Source of the DNA: the human T2T-CHM13v2.0 reference genome, Homo sapiens
NCBI RefSeq assembly: GCF_009914755.1
Contig: NC_060946.1
Length of the DNA stretch: 64,000 nt
Direction: 5' to 3' (one strand)
A program made the translations under genes and the position numbers. Position 1 is the stretch's first letter, and every line of letters begins with the position of its first letter. The notes under the pieces are model-generated. The model was not told the DNA's origin and searched no databases. It worked only from the letters and a program-made list of their open reading frames with translations. Positions 49,267-61,975 of the stretch are shown one piece after another.

Positions 49267-49861
49267 TCAGAATGGCTCCTTTCCAGAGTGGTCTCCTGCT
49301 TCTGGCAAGAGAGGATTTTTCTGATACTCACCATGATAACCTGGTAGAACTCCAGAGGTAAATCTTAGAAGAATTGCCCCCTATACACCATGAGTGGGTT
49401 CCCCTGGAGTTTTTAGCTCTCAGATTTGTTCACCCTGAGGCACTGGTTCCCTTGTAGGTTTCTTCTCTGGTCAGTTGTGATGCTTGGTATTCCCGGCTGT
49501 CTCCAGTTTGGGGCACTGTGATTTGCCTTGTGACGTCATCTCTTTGAGGAATCTGAGAAGACTTGTTTCGTCTTCAGTGTGTTTACCTTTTTACTTGTTA
49601 AGTCGGACTTCCAAACTCCTCACATGCTGAACCGGAATCCCATTTAGCATCGTTTTAAAGCCTCAATATGCATAAATAATAATTTGCCTTTTCCACCTTA
49701 ATATTTTCCATTCTTTTTGTTTTTTGTCACTCTGCATCTTCTATTCAGAGCCTATAGCTCTTGAGATTCTGTCATTGTAAGCACATCTTAAAATATTTTT
49801 ATATTATGTTATCAGAATATGCTAAGGAATTAAATGAACTTTGAGAAGATAATTGTTACCT

Positions 49862-49955
49862 ACCAGGCTAGTCTTGAACTCCTGGGTTCAAGCAATCCTC
49901 CTGCCTCAGCCTCCCCAAGTGCTGGGCTTACAGGTGTGAGCCACCACACCCGGCC
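49862..49955 (-). mobile_element. Tail-less Alu left-arm fragment abutting the galectin retrocopy TSD
   Basis: CCAGGCTAGTCTTGAACTCCTG..CCACACCCGGCC, no poly(T). Confidence 0.8.
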
Positions 49956-49965
49956 ATGGTTACTT

Positions 49966-50569
49966 TTTTTTTTTAAGTTTGGTAAAGTTTTAATGACCAA
50001 GTCTAAGGGTTGGAGTGAGTAGGGATTACTCTGTTAGCAGGCTCTGGGAATCTCATGGTCATGTAGAAAAAGGGATTCCTCCACAATGGGGAGTGTGGTC
50101 ATCTCCCTCAATTGCAGACACACCTTGAGTTCAGGGAGACATCTCTCCACACTTGGACCATCTTCACAGACCCTGGCAGCAGTCGATGGGCAAAGCTGTG
50201 TAACAGTGATGGCCGTTTACCATTGCCTGGTATTCATTGTCCAGCACGATGATGTGGAGCTCAAATACTCTGCCATCCTCAGCGGGCATATTGTTGGATC
50301 TCTCCTCACACTTCCAGGCCCACACTCATGGCTGTTCATGATCACCCAATGGCCAAAGTACACTCAGAAATGGAAGGCGATGTCTGAGTGCTCATCGTCC
50401 CCCTGTGGAAATGCACCTGCAGCTGTGGGTTGTTGATGAAAGGGAGGATTGGTGTCCCTCTCTCATGCAAGAACCAGTAGACAAAGACACAGGCCATGTG
50501 TGGGGCATGGGCAACAGTGATACTGTTGTCTCCCTCTGGGCAGCTCCTATGAATTGTGACCAGTCTTCT
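49966..50569 (-). pseudogene. CLCP1: Processed pseudogene of a CLC/LGALS13/14/16/17-family galectin (probably CLCP1)
   Basis: Minus-strand stitched translation of 50523-50108: xSLLPMPHTWPVSLSTGSC..GTPILPFINNPQLQVHFH..DEHSDIAFHF*VYFGHWVIMNSHECG/WKCEERSNNMPAEDGRVFELHIIVLDNEYQAMVNGHHCY/SFAHRLLPGSVKMVQVWRDVSLNSRCVCN*. Start codon reads GTA; in-frame TGA at 50366-50364; about 4 frameshifts; intronless; ATTAAA at 49994-49989; poly(A) ending at 49974; TSD CCATGGTTACTT at 49954-49965 and 50570-50581. Symbol is from recall. Confidence 0.9.
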
Positions 50570-51119
50570 CCATGGTTACTTCTAAAGCCATGTTTTTGCC
50601 CTAGACATTAATGTAAGAAATATTGATTGCTTGCTTTTTACTAGGTGTTTTGCCAGACAACAGAGAGGTCGAAGACAAGGCGGAGTCCTTGTGTTTCAGA
50701 ATGATATAATCTAATATCTAAAATTAAGGCTTCTTTCTTTACAGTGTCTATTCTTGAAGCTTGGCTTTTACGTTAACTATGCATTTACTTGCCTTTTGAA
50801 AAATGCTAAGAAAGTGTCTTGTGCTTGTTCTCACTACTTTTGGTTTGTTATTTTGTTTAGTAAATTTGTTTGGAAAGATGAATGTGGTTGCTTCTCCTTT
50901 TAGCGTCCAAGTGTAGTGTGGTATGGTCTTCAGAGGTTATAAATTGCATCTAGTATCTGAGGAAGAGGATCTTAATCTCATGTATGTGAACACAGGTGAA
51001 TATGTATGTAGCAGCACCCTGGAATGATTTTTGGTGTGAGAACAACTGTGCTTAGAGCCGTCAAACTGCCTTCTGTTCTGGACCTATTTGGTCCTGGTTT
51101 TTCTTGTGCTTTGTAATTC

Positions 51120-51700
51120 TTACTTTCAATACATATTTATTGAGGGCCTATAACATGTCAGGTTTTAGGTGCTGAGTATAGGAAGTCAAATAAGTTAAAG
51201 ATAACTAAACTACTATATGGGCTCTGATAGGAATAGGACTATGCAAAAGGATACCTTGGGCACACTGAGCAAATACATCTAAATGAGACTTGGGATTGAG
51301 AACAGCTTCCCAGGACAGCAGAGCTTGAGTTAAATGTTGAAGAAGCAAGTGTAGGAATTAGCTTGGGCAGAGTTGATGGGTCTTAGAGGAGAAGCAGCAT
51401 TCTAGACAGTGGAAACTATTTTGACTCTTGGTTTCTAGTCTAGGCGGATAGACCAAGGGTCTAATCTAGAGATAAACCAGATAGGAGGTTAACACTTAAT
51501 TAAATGAGAGATGATGATGACTCTGAACTAGACTGATGGTGGTGAGAATAAAGAATAGGGGCCATAAAAGCGATGTTAAAGAGAAAGGAAAGGAGATAAG
51601 ATCTACAGAAATTGGTGAATAGTTCAAAATGGGACTGTGGGAAAGGCGTCTGTGCTCCTTCCCAGAATTCTGCTTTGGGTGGCTGAGATACAGAGGAATT
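51120..51700. mobile_element. L2-like fragments
   Basis: CATATTTATTGAG..CTATA..ATGTCAGG L2 3'-end motif followed by purine-rich L2-like body. Confidence 0.55.
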
Positions 51701-52075
51701 TCCTTTTTAACCATATATCAAGCTAAGAGATTAGGAAATAAACCCTCAGGTACCCATCATATGTATAGCTTCAGCAGTTACCAACTGAAGGACAGTCTTG
51801 TTTTATCTGTTTCCCCCCACCCAGATTATTTGAAGCAAATCCCAGACATCATATCATTTCATCCATGAATGTATCCATTTGTCCATCCAAAAGACACTGG
51901 TCTTTAAAAAAACAAAAACCCACAATACATTATCACACAAAAAAAGATTAAAAAGAATTCCTTAATGTTGTCAAATTTCAGATTTCCATAGTAGGAAAAA
52001 ATCCTACTTTTTACAATTTGTTTAAAGTCACATTCAAATAAAGTCCATATGTTGTAAATGGTTCTATTCTTTTAA

Positions 52076-52393
<318 letters not shown>

Positions 52394-52586
52394 TAGCTTT
52401 CCCCTTTTTCTTGCAGTTTATGTTTTGGAGAAACCAGGTTTCTCTTTTTCTGTAGATTTTCCCAGTTTGGAAGTTGCTGATTTTATCTCCATTGAATCAT
52501 TTAACATGTCTTCGGTTCTCTCTGTGTCCTATAAATTGGTGGTTAAATTTGATCAAATTCAGATTTATGTTGGGGGAACACAAATT

Positions 52587-53966
52587 TTTTTTTTAAATTA
52601 TACTTTAAGTTCTAGGGCACATGTGCACAACATGCAGGTTTGTTATATAGGTATACATGTGCCATGTTGGTTTGCTGCACCCATCATCATTTACATTAGG
52701 TATTTCTCCTAATGCTATTCCTCCCCCAGCCCCCCACCCCACGACAGGCCCTGGTGTGTGATGTTCCCCACCCTGTGTCCAAGTGTTCTCATTGTTCAAT
52801 TCCAACCTAAGAGTGAGAATATGCAGTGTTTGGTTTTCTGTCCTTGTGATAGTTTGATGAGAATGATGGTTTCCAGCTTCATCCATGTCCCTGCAAAGGA
52901 CATGAACTCACCCTTTTTTTAATGGCTGCATATTATTCCATAGTGTATATGTGCCACATTTTCTTTATGCAGTCTACCATTGATAGACATTTGGGTTGAT
53001 TCCAAGTCTTTGCTATTGTGAATAGTGCCACAATAAACATATGTGTGCCTGTGTCTTTATAGTATCATGATTTATAATCCTTTGGGTATATACCCAGTAA
53101 TGGGATCACTGAGTCAAATGGTATTGTGTTCAGAATTGATTCCTTCTGGTGGGTTCTTGGTCTCGCTGACTTCAAGAACGAAGCCGTGGACCTCATGGTG
53201 AGTGTTACAGCTCTTAAAGGTGGCGCGTCCAGGGTTTGTTCCTTCCGGTGGGTTTGTGGTCTCGCTGACTTTAGGAGTGAAGCCGCAGACCCTTGCAGTG
53301 AGTGTTACAGCTTTTAAAGGTGGTGTGGACCAAAAGAGTGAGCAGCAGCAAGATTTATTATGAAGAGCAAAAGAACAAAGCTTCCACAGTGTGGAAGGGG
53401 ACCAGGGCAGGTTGCGGCTGCTGGCTTGGATGGCCAGCTTTTATTCCCTTATTTGGCCCTGCCCATGTCATGCTGATTGGTCCATTTTTACAGAATGCTG
53501 ATTGGTGCATTTACAATCCTCTAGCTAGACAGAAGTTTTCCAAGTCCCCACCTGACCCAGAAGCCCAGCTGGCTTCATCTCTCAGTATTTCTCGTTCTAG
53601 ATCCTTGAGAAATCGCCACACTGTCTTCCAAAATGGTCAGACTAATTTACACTCCCACCAATGGTGTAAAAGCTTTCCTATTTCTCCACATCCTCTCCAG
53701 CAGTTGTTGTTTCCTGACTTTTTAATGATCGCCATTCTAACTGGCGTGAGATGGTATCTCATTGTGGTTTTGATTTGCATTTCTCTGATGACCAGTGATG
53801 AAGAGCATGTTTTCATGTGTCTGTAGGCTGCATAAATGTCTTCTTTTGCGACGTGTCTGTTCATATCCCTTGCCCACTTTTTGATGGGGTTGTTTTTTTC
53901 TTGTAAATTTAAGTTGTTTGTAGATTCTGGATATTAGCCCTTTGTCAGATGGTTAGATTGCAAAAG
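52587..53966 (-). mobile_element. 5'-truncated L1PA (about L1PA7-8) 3' end, hosting the LTR12
   Basis: Typical L1PA 3'UTR (TATACTTTAAGTTCTAGGG..); ORF2 C-terminal peptide [27 protein letters not shown]; 16-bp TSD TGGGGGAACACAAATT at 52571-52586 and 53967-53982. Confidence 0.92.
53125..53584 (-). mobile_element. ERV9/LTR12-family solo LTR (short, LTR12F-like)
   Basis: Minus strand begins TGAGAGATGAAGCCAGCTGGGCTTCTGGGTC and ends GGAATCAATTCTGAACACA (TG...CA). 4-bp TSD GTAT at 53121-53124 and 53585-53588; CCAATCAGCA x2; splits contiguous L1 sequence. Confidence 0.9.
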
Positions 53967-54346
53967 TGGGGGAACACAAATTGTTAATGGATGGTGATGG
54001 GAGTAGTCACATAATGTCTGCTGTCTCTGAGATGTGAGCAGACATTGATTGTTACTGCCTAGATCCTAGATCCATTATTTTTTAGGGCTTGTACAGTGGC
54101 GATTTTTTTCTTTTTAGCGTTAGTACCTTCAGAGTGCACAGTACTTACACAATGGCGGTAATTTAATTTTTGGTCATTCATTCTTCAAAGATAACTGGAA
54201 TATCTTCATAAAGAGAAACTTATCAAACATTTGGTTATCCTGGATACAGTTCAAACAGGTAAGATAAAAGCATGATTATTTCCCCCCATATTTCACAATA
54301 AAAGTTTTCAAAATATTGAGTTTATTCCTAGTGAAAAATACTGTTT

Positions 54347-54514
54347 CTTTTTCTTTCTTTTTTAAATTTAAATTAAATAGAGACATGGTCTCCCTATGTT
54401 GCCTGGGCTGGTCTCGAACTCCTGGGCTCGAATGATCCTCTTGACTCAGCCTCTGAAAGTGCTGGGATTACAGGTGTGAGCTACTGCACCCAGATGAGAA
54501 AAATAATGTTTTTA

Positions 54515-54550
<36 letters not shown>

Positions 54551-55295
54551 AAGGCAGCAGAGTCATCTGGGAATGCTCAGGGAATAGGCGTGGTGGGGTA
54601 ATGTGCTCAAGAGAGACAAATGTTTGGAGTGGCCTCTAGGAGAACAGGAGAGGGGTTGTGGAGCTTGGTTGATGATGGAGATAGCTTATAGTGGTACCAG
54701 TGTACATGTGTGAGTCTATTGTTTTTCATTTTTCCAGTGCTCAGATAACTGCCTAGGAGAACATGTAAATGCAATCATTGTTCATCAGGGTTGGGATTTT
54801 GCATGGAGGCGTAAAAGAAGGATTGGTGGGATAGGGGAGAGTCTGGAATCATGGGGAGAATGACTGAAGTGACTGATCATGGTGGTGGGGGGATGGTCTA
54901 GGGTGGATATGGAGAGAAATGCACAGTGATTGGTACAAAGAAGGTCCTCAGTAAATATGTGGTAGAATTAATAGATGAAGGGAACTAATAGATTGGAAGA
55001 AAATATAGTATTACAAGGACTAGAGATTCCAATGTAGTCAGAATAGGTATTTTGGATATGAATGACATGTGACATAGTAAGATAAAAGACAGGAGGTGAG
55101 GATTTGAGAGCAGGGCATATGAAGATCTCACAAGGGAGACCGGGCGCGGTGGCTCACACCTGTAATCCCAGCACTTTGGGAAGCCGAGGTAGTCGGATCG
55201 CTTGAGCCCAGGAGTTCAAGACCAGCCTGGCCAGTAGGGCACAACCCCATCTCTACCAAAAACAAAAACAAAAACAAAGAAAAGAAAAGAAAAAA
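54347..55295. mobile_element. Two Alu left monomers: about 54347-54495 (-) and 55137-55295 (+)
   Basis: Single-arm Alus; the second has AGATCTCACA flanks. Confidence 0.8.
54517..54545. repeat. (TG)n microsatellite
   Basis: About 14 perfect units. Confidence 0.95.
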
Positions 55296-57507
55296 GAGAT
55301 CTCACAGGACAGCATCTCTGGATTAGCTTATACAGAGTAAGTTATATCAATGGGGGTTGACTTATGGAAGATAAAAAGGAACTATACAGCGTTGGATGAG
55401 TTCTAAGTAAGGATTTCACAACCATTTAGGTTGATGGTGGGAGGGACAGAAGGAGATTACAGCTTATTATAAGGAAATGGGTAGGTTAGTGAATAACAGG
55501 GAGAAGCAGAGAACTAGAGCTTGATTGCATGAGCCTCAAAAGATGTTTTCATTCATGGTCAGAGTGGCAGTAAGAAGTCCTATATGGCTGGTGGAAGACT
55601 AAGCCACCATTAGTGCAGTCTCTAGGGAAGGACTTTCTCCTTAGGAGAAAAAATAGTTTAGTTACGACAAAGAGGAGAATATTGCCAAATTGCTATGCAT
55701 AGAGGTTAAACCAGTTTAGACCCCCCACCAACAGTGTATGAGAGTATTCGTTTCCTATATGGGGCATTCTTTATTTACCACAGGGTTGATGATAGTTTTC
55801 CTTTTTATTAGATTTATAATTGGTACATTGGAACTTGATTCACATCATCCTGTATTCAGTGATGTCTGGCTTCTGAAATGCTGCTGTTATCATTTTATCT
55901 GCATTACTTCTTTCATAGGTCAGGCCTCTTACAGTTGTCAAACTTCAGTACAGTTCTATATGAAAAATGCACATAACCTATACCCGCATTTGTTTAGCAA
56001 AATGGTGTGCACGGGTTCCTGATGAACATTGCAAATGTGTATCTATAGAAAGGGCCCTACCTTTCTGCACCCTCCCTCTCTTCCCACATGTCCTTTGGCC
56101 ATCCTTCCATCTGGCACACTTATTCTACCCCCTAATTCTTCAAGATGCTCTATCAGCCAATTTATTCTCCATCAGCCCTTGTAGTTCATCACACTCAATT
56201 ATCTCTAACCCTCTCCCACCTCCACTCCCACCACACACCCCAGTGCTCCTGCCTCTCAGGATGTGATTGATTTTCCTTCTCCTTCTGCCAGCTTTCTCTC
56301 TGGGTTAGACTGCCCTGTCAGATTGTAGTGCTGAGGAAAGAAGGGTTCATCCTAAGCCTGACTTGTACTCTGTACAGCTGGAGTTGTTTCTCAGCATCCA
56401 GCCAAGGCTTCTTTGAAAACACTCACTGGGGAAAAGAACAAGGTTGCATCATCCCTTTGGGTCATGGCTGCAGTGTCTCTTGGTGGTTTTAAAAACAGCT
56501 CACTCCTTGGCTCTCAAATGACCCTGGAAAACAATTGCATTGGCTACGTAAGTCATAATAGTTATAGTCAAATCATTGCCTACTATTTATATATATATAA
56601 TTATTTACCATGATTATGCTAATGCACATCATTAAACCAGATTAACTCTGTTAGTTTTATTTGATCACAACAGTGCCTCGTCTGTGAGTGCCCTGTCTCT
56701 ATAGTTCTTGTGCATGCTGCATGGTCGAGTGCTCACAACTTAAAGGGAATCTTGGTGAACCTGACAGTGTTGATGTTTGAGTATTGATCATAACCCTGTT
56801 CATCCATACACATTTTGCTAGCTTCTGAATGCTGTATCTGTTTTTGCTAAAGCTGGGGTAAAAAAGAAAACTCTGAAATTTGAGTGCCCATTTAATCAGG
56901 CATTTAATATATCTTATTTCATTTAGCTCTTACAACTCTGATGTATGTAGGATTGCTGTTTCTTTTACAGGTCAAGAAACTGAAACTTACAGTAATTAAT
57001 TGAACTGGTCTTGAGGATATTTGGTTTTGAGCTATTTCAAATGAAGACAATACTACTCACCTCACAAGGTTGATGGGAGGATTATAGTGTCTGTGCAAAA
57101 CATGAGTCATAGTGCCTGACACAGAAGTTATTGTACATACATGTTTCCTGTTCTCAGTAAATTTATGGTCTAGAACACTCTTCAAAACATATATTTTGTT
57201 TGAACTTCATCGGCTCTAAAAGTGATCCATTCCATCTGGAGCTATGGCATAAAATTATTTGCATGTAGATCTTGAATAACTACCAGCAGTTCCTTGCTTT
57301 TATATACTACTGTTTCACCTGAATTCAATAAATTAAAATAGGAGCAAAGAAAACTATATTTATATTTTGAATTTATATTTTGAACAGTATCATTGGAGCA
57401 TGACTTAAAATGGAAAAAAAAAGACTAAAGTGGTAATTCTTATTGATGCGTGTTGTAACATCAAACACGTTTTCTAGTATCCCTCGTATTTTTTTTTTGG
57501 GAGGGGC

Positions 57508-58350
57508 GCGGCTTATTGAGATATTCACAAACCGTACAATTAACTCATTTGAAGTATACAGTTCAGTGGTTTTAGTATATTTAGAGTGCGCAGCCATGAC
57601 CACAGTCAATTTTAGAACATTTTCAACACCCCAAACCTTTCAGCAGGCACACTCCACTCACGTTTTTCCCCATCCTCTGGAAACCACTGAGCTTTGTGCC
57701 TGTATGGATTTTGCCCACTCTTGACATTTCCTGTAAGTGGAATCACACAGCCCCACTTTGTGCCTGTATGGATTTGCCCACTCTGGACATTTCCTGTAAG
57801 TGGAATCACACAGCCCCACTTTGTGCCTGTATGGATTTGCCCACTCTGGACATTTCCTGTAAGTGGAATCACACAGCCCCACTTTGTGCCTGTATGGATT
57901 TGCCCACTCTGGACATTTCCTGTAAGTGGAATCACACAGCCCTACTGTGGCCCTTTGTGCCTGGCTTTTTCACTTAGCAGAATGTTTTTATGGTTTATTT
58001 ATGTTGTGGCAGGCATTAGTACTTCATTCCTTTATTGCCAGATACCATTCCACTGTGTGGGTAATACCACATTTGGTTCATCTGTTCATCAGTTGTTGGA
58101 CATTTGGGTTGTTTCTACTTTTTGGTTATTATCCATAATACTGCTATGAATATTCCTGTAAAAGTTCTTTGTGTGCTCCTAGGTTTTTATTTCTCTTGGG
58201 TCTATAGCTAGTTGAATTTCTGGGTCATATGATTACTGTGTTTAACCTTTTGAAGAACTGCCAGACTTTTCCAAAGTCACTGCATTACTTTACATTCTCA
58301 CCAGCAGTGTATGAGGATTCCAGTGTTTCCACATCCTCGCCAACACTTGT
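57508..58350 (-). mobile_element. Old L1M (L1MB-like) 3' end containing the 63-bp minisatellite
   Basis: TTATTGAGATATTCACA..GTATACAGTTCAGTGGTTTTAGTATATT L1MB 3'-end pattern. Confidence 0.8.
57692..57942. repeat. 63-bp minisatellite, about 4 near-identical copies, inside an old L1M
   Basis: Unit CTTTGTGCCTGTATGGATTTGCCCACTCTGGACATTTCCTGTAAGTGGAATCACACAGCCCCA starts at 57692, 57756, 57819 and 57882; gives 21-aa repeats in the ORF track. Confidence 0.95.
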
Positions 58351-59464
58351 TTTTTATTTTTATTTTTTTAAGAGACAGAGTTTTGCTCTGTTGCACAGGC
58401 TAGAATGTCATGACATGATCAAAGGTCACTGCAGCCTCAAACTCCTGAGCTCAAGCAACCCTCCTACCTCAGCCTCCTGAGTACCTAGGACTGTAGGCGC
58501 CACCATGCCCTGCTAATTTTTATTTTTGTATAGGCAGGGTCTCACTGTGATCCTCCCACCTCACCCTGTGATTACAGGTGTGAGCCAGCTCACCCAGCTC
58601 TATCTGTCTGAGTGTGGCTTTAACAGAGACTTGTTCATGTCAGTATTGATGACAGTCAGATGCTTTATTGTTACCCATAAATATAACACATTCTGTATGG
58701 TGTTTTTCCTGGTACATTTCTAAGCATGCACTCTTATCACCGAGCTACATCCCCACCTCGTGTGTTACATTTCTGGTTGCCTAAGTACTGCACTGATTTT
58801 TGGGTGGAATCCTTTATCGCTTATATCGTTGGCAAACTGGAGAGTTAATTCTTTGAACTGATACGAACAATATCACTTTCTGGTTAAAGTCAGTATGTGT
58901 GTGAAGGCCTCATATTGCTGTATTTAAAAAATCTTTAGAAACACTTTTCACATGTAGTCTGTCTCAATAATAGTGTGTAGATTTTAAAGGAATGCTGTTA
59001 ATATAATACCCAGTTTGGGGAAAGTTTATGTGTAGAACTGATAAAGGTATTTTAAAGGTTGTCAGTAACACATGTCAACTCAAACCATGTGTTGATTTGC
59101 TCAAAGAAGTTAAAATTAACATTTTAGAGTTACATTCTCCCCTGTCATCACATTGTTTTTGTCTTCCTTATTGTTGTTCTTTAAACAGACTCTGGCTCTG
59201 TTGCCCAGGCTGGAGTACAGTGCCTCGATCACTGCTCACTGCAGCCTTGACCTCCTGGGCTCAAGTAGTCCTCCCACCTCAGCCTCCCAAGTAGGTGGGA
59301 CTACAGGTGCGCACTGCCATGCCCGGCTAATTTTTGTGTTCTTTGTAGAGACAGGGTTTTTCTGTGTTCCCCAGGGGTGGTCTTGAACTTTGGAACTCAA
59401 GCGATCCACCCACCTCGCCCTCCCAAAGTACTGGAATTACAGGCATGAGTCACTGTACGTGGCC
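58350..59464 (-). mobile_element. Two AluJ-like elements (about 58350-58598, deleted; 59170-59464)
   Basis: Diverged reverse Alus. Confidence 0.82.
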
Positions 59465-61557
59465 TCCTATCTTCACAGTGTTACTGTGAATATCCAAATA
59501 CAGTTGAATGCATTATCAAGGAGGAGCTATTGCTGAAAATTGGTTCTTTTAGGGGGAGGTGATGAAGAAAGCTTAGCTATTATGATGGTTTTTGCAATAC
59601 ACAACCTGTTTCTGTCATACTAAAATTTCATGGTTTGGGGACAATGGGGAGCGAATCTAAAAAGATTCCTTAAAAGGGCGGTAATGAAAAATAGGTTAAG
59701 AAATAGTTCCCTGGGCATAAAACAGTTGCTAGAATATAACTAAGGTCACTAGAGATCATTTAGTCAGACCTTTTCCCCCAGTGTTTTAAAGTAAGGCACA
59801 GAGTGAAATAACGTATTTCACTTACTTACTCTGTGTCAGGCCACTTTTTCTGTCCATGAGGGTAAAAAAAAATGAAGAGGCCTTTTGCTTCTCTTGGGAG
59901 AATGAACAGTTAAAGCATGGTGTGACTATTGTTCTGTCAAGGTGAGTGGGAACACAGAGGAAAGGCCACTCACGTTAAGTCAGCTTGAACGAAGGCGAGG
60001 AAGGATCCAGGAGAGGTCATGCTCTGAGTCCAGACCCATCCTTCTAGGCAGCTGTAGTGGAATTTAGTTGTTTTCCAAACTTGAGTGTTTGAGAACCTTG
60101 GATTGTTTAATTTGAAATGCAGCTTCTGAGGCCGGATTCTGGAGACTCTGATGCAGGCAGTGCAAGAATCTTGCTTTAGGATTCACCGCTTTACATGGTG
60201 GCAGTACAGTAGGCCTTCTTCACGGGCAACTTAAGTTAGTAGTCTAACTTTTCTTTTTGGACACTAACCCTTTAGGCTGCTGCCTTAATCACTTTCCGAG
60301 CAGTCTAGAAATAAGTTCACCCCCACCATGGATTAGAACCCCCCACTCTTTTTATGCCCGCACCCCCCCTGCTGCTCCCCGTAGCTAAGCTGTCACTCCT
60401 GTCTTGTTTTATGTTCTGTTTGTGTGTATTTTCTTGAGCACTTTCTTTTGTGGTCATTTTGGGTGTGGGATACCTTTACCTACTGCTGTTCAGAATAAAG
60501 GCAGTGAGTCTCATCTTTTTACCTAGTCAGAGAGTATTTTGTTGAATCCTGGGTGTTACAGTGAAAGGATAGTGTCAAGTCAAGGGGGACTTGAGAGCAG
60601 CCAGCATTATCTGGCACTGATGGAAAGAAAGGAAGGAACACACATGGGGTATTGTTGAAGTGCGAGCTAACCTGCTCCTCATTGATGTAGGGCTAATGTC
60701 GAAACTCAGAAGCCTGCAGGGCCAGACAGGTAACTTAATGGAGGGGATGGGGCCGGATGTGCAGTTAATGAGTTGGAGGATCCATGTCCAGTCTAAGAGG
60801 CAGCCCCCTGTTAGTGCCAGCTGAGTCATGAAGAACTGTGAATCAGTCAGACTTGATTTTTCAAGCAAAGGGAGATACCCAGATTTTTGTGTAAGCTCCT
60901 CCAAAGTTTTTTCTTTCTTTCTTTCTTTTTTTTTAATGTTGGACAACCAGTGAAAAGCAAAACAAAACTACAGACCAAAACAAACGTTGCTGCCTGCTAC
61001 CAGTTTGCAATTTCTTATGCATTCCATGAAACTGACTAGTTGACAGTCTTTTCAGATTGACAGTCCATGAACAGGAATTTGCTAATATTTCTAAGACTCA
61101 GACCTTGGCAGAAAGATCGGAAAGCAAGGTAGAATTTGGAGACCGGGTTTTATAATTGTAAGATCTCACTTTTGTGAATTGCTGATTAGAATTCACAAAA
61201 GTTAGATCCATGGTGCAGTGCCTCTTCTCTCATCTCTAAGTTTAGGAAGCCCTCAGCACCTTTTGAACTGTGTAACCTGACAAGAAAGATGTCTGGGGAA
61301 TTAGCAAGTTCTATTTTTGTTTGGTCCAGTGAAAATTCTGGACAGGCCACAAACACATTCTAGGGAGTCTAGAATAGACTCCCTTGAGCTCTTTTAATTC
61401 TTAAAAAAAAAAAAAAAAAAAAAAAAAACAGGAGCAGGACCATCCAACTTAATCCAGTGAAACGGTGATTTTTTCTCATAGTCATCCCATCCCTTATACA
61501 GTGTCTCTCTGGCCAAATTAATTAATACATCAGATGTTCTGAAACACACTGTACTAA

Positions 61558-61975
<418 letters not shown>

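Noticed and set aside
50086-50611. Plus-strand ORFs of 116 and 68 aa
   Set aside because: Antisense frames of the galectin retrocopy.
56609-56623. CATGATTATGCTAAT as a SOX2-OCT4 composite site
   Set aside because: The OCT half is plausible but the SOX half has two mismatches; insufficient without ChIP data.
57612-58149. Repeat-protein ORFs or CRISPR-like array
   Set aside because: Head-to-tail 63-bp units without unique spacers inside an L1; a eukaryotic minisatellite.
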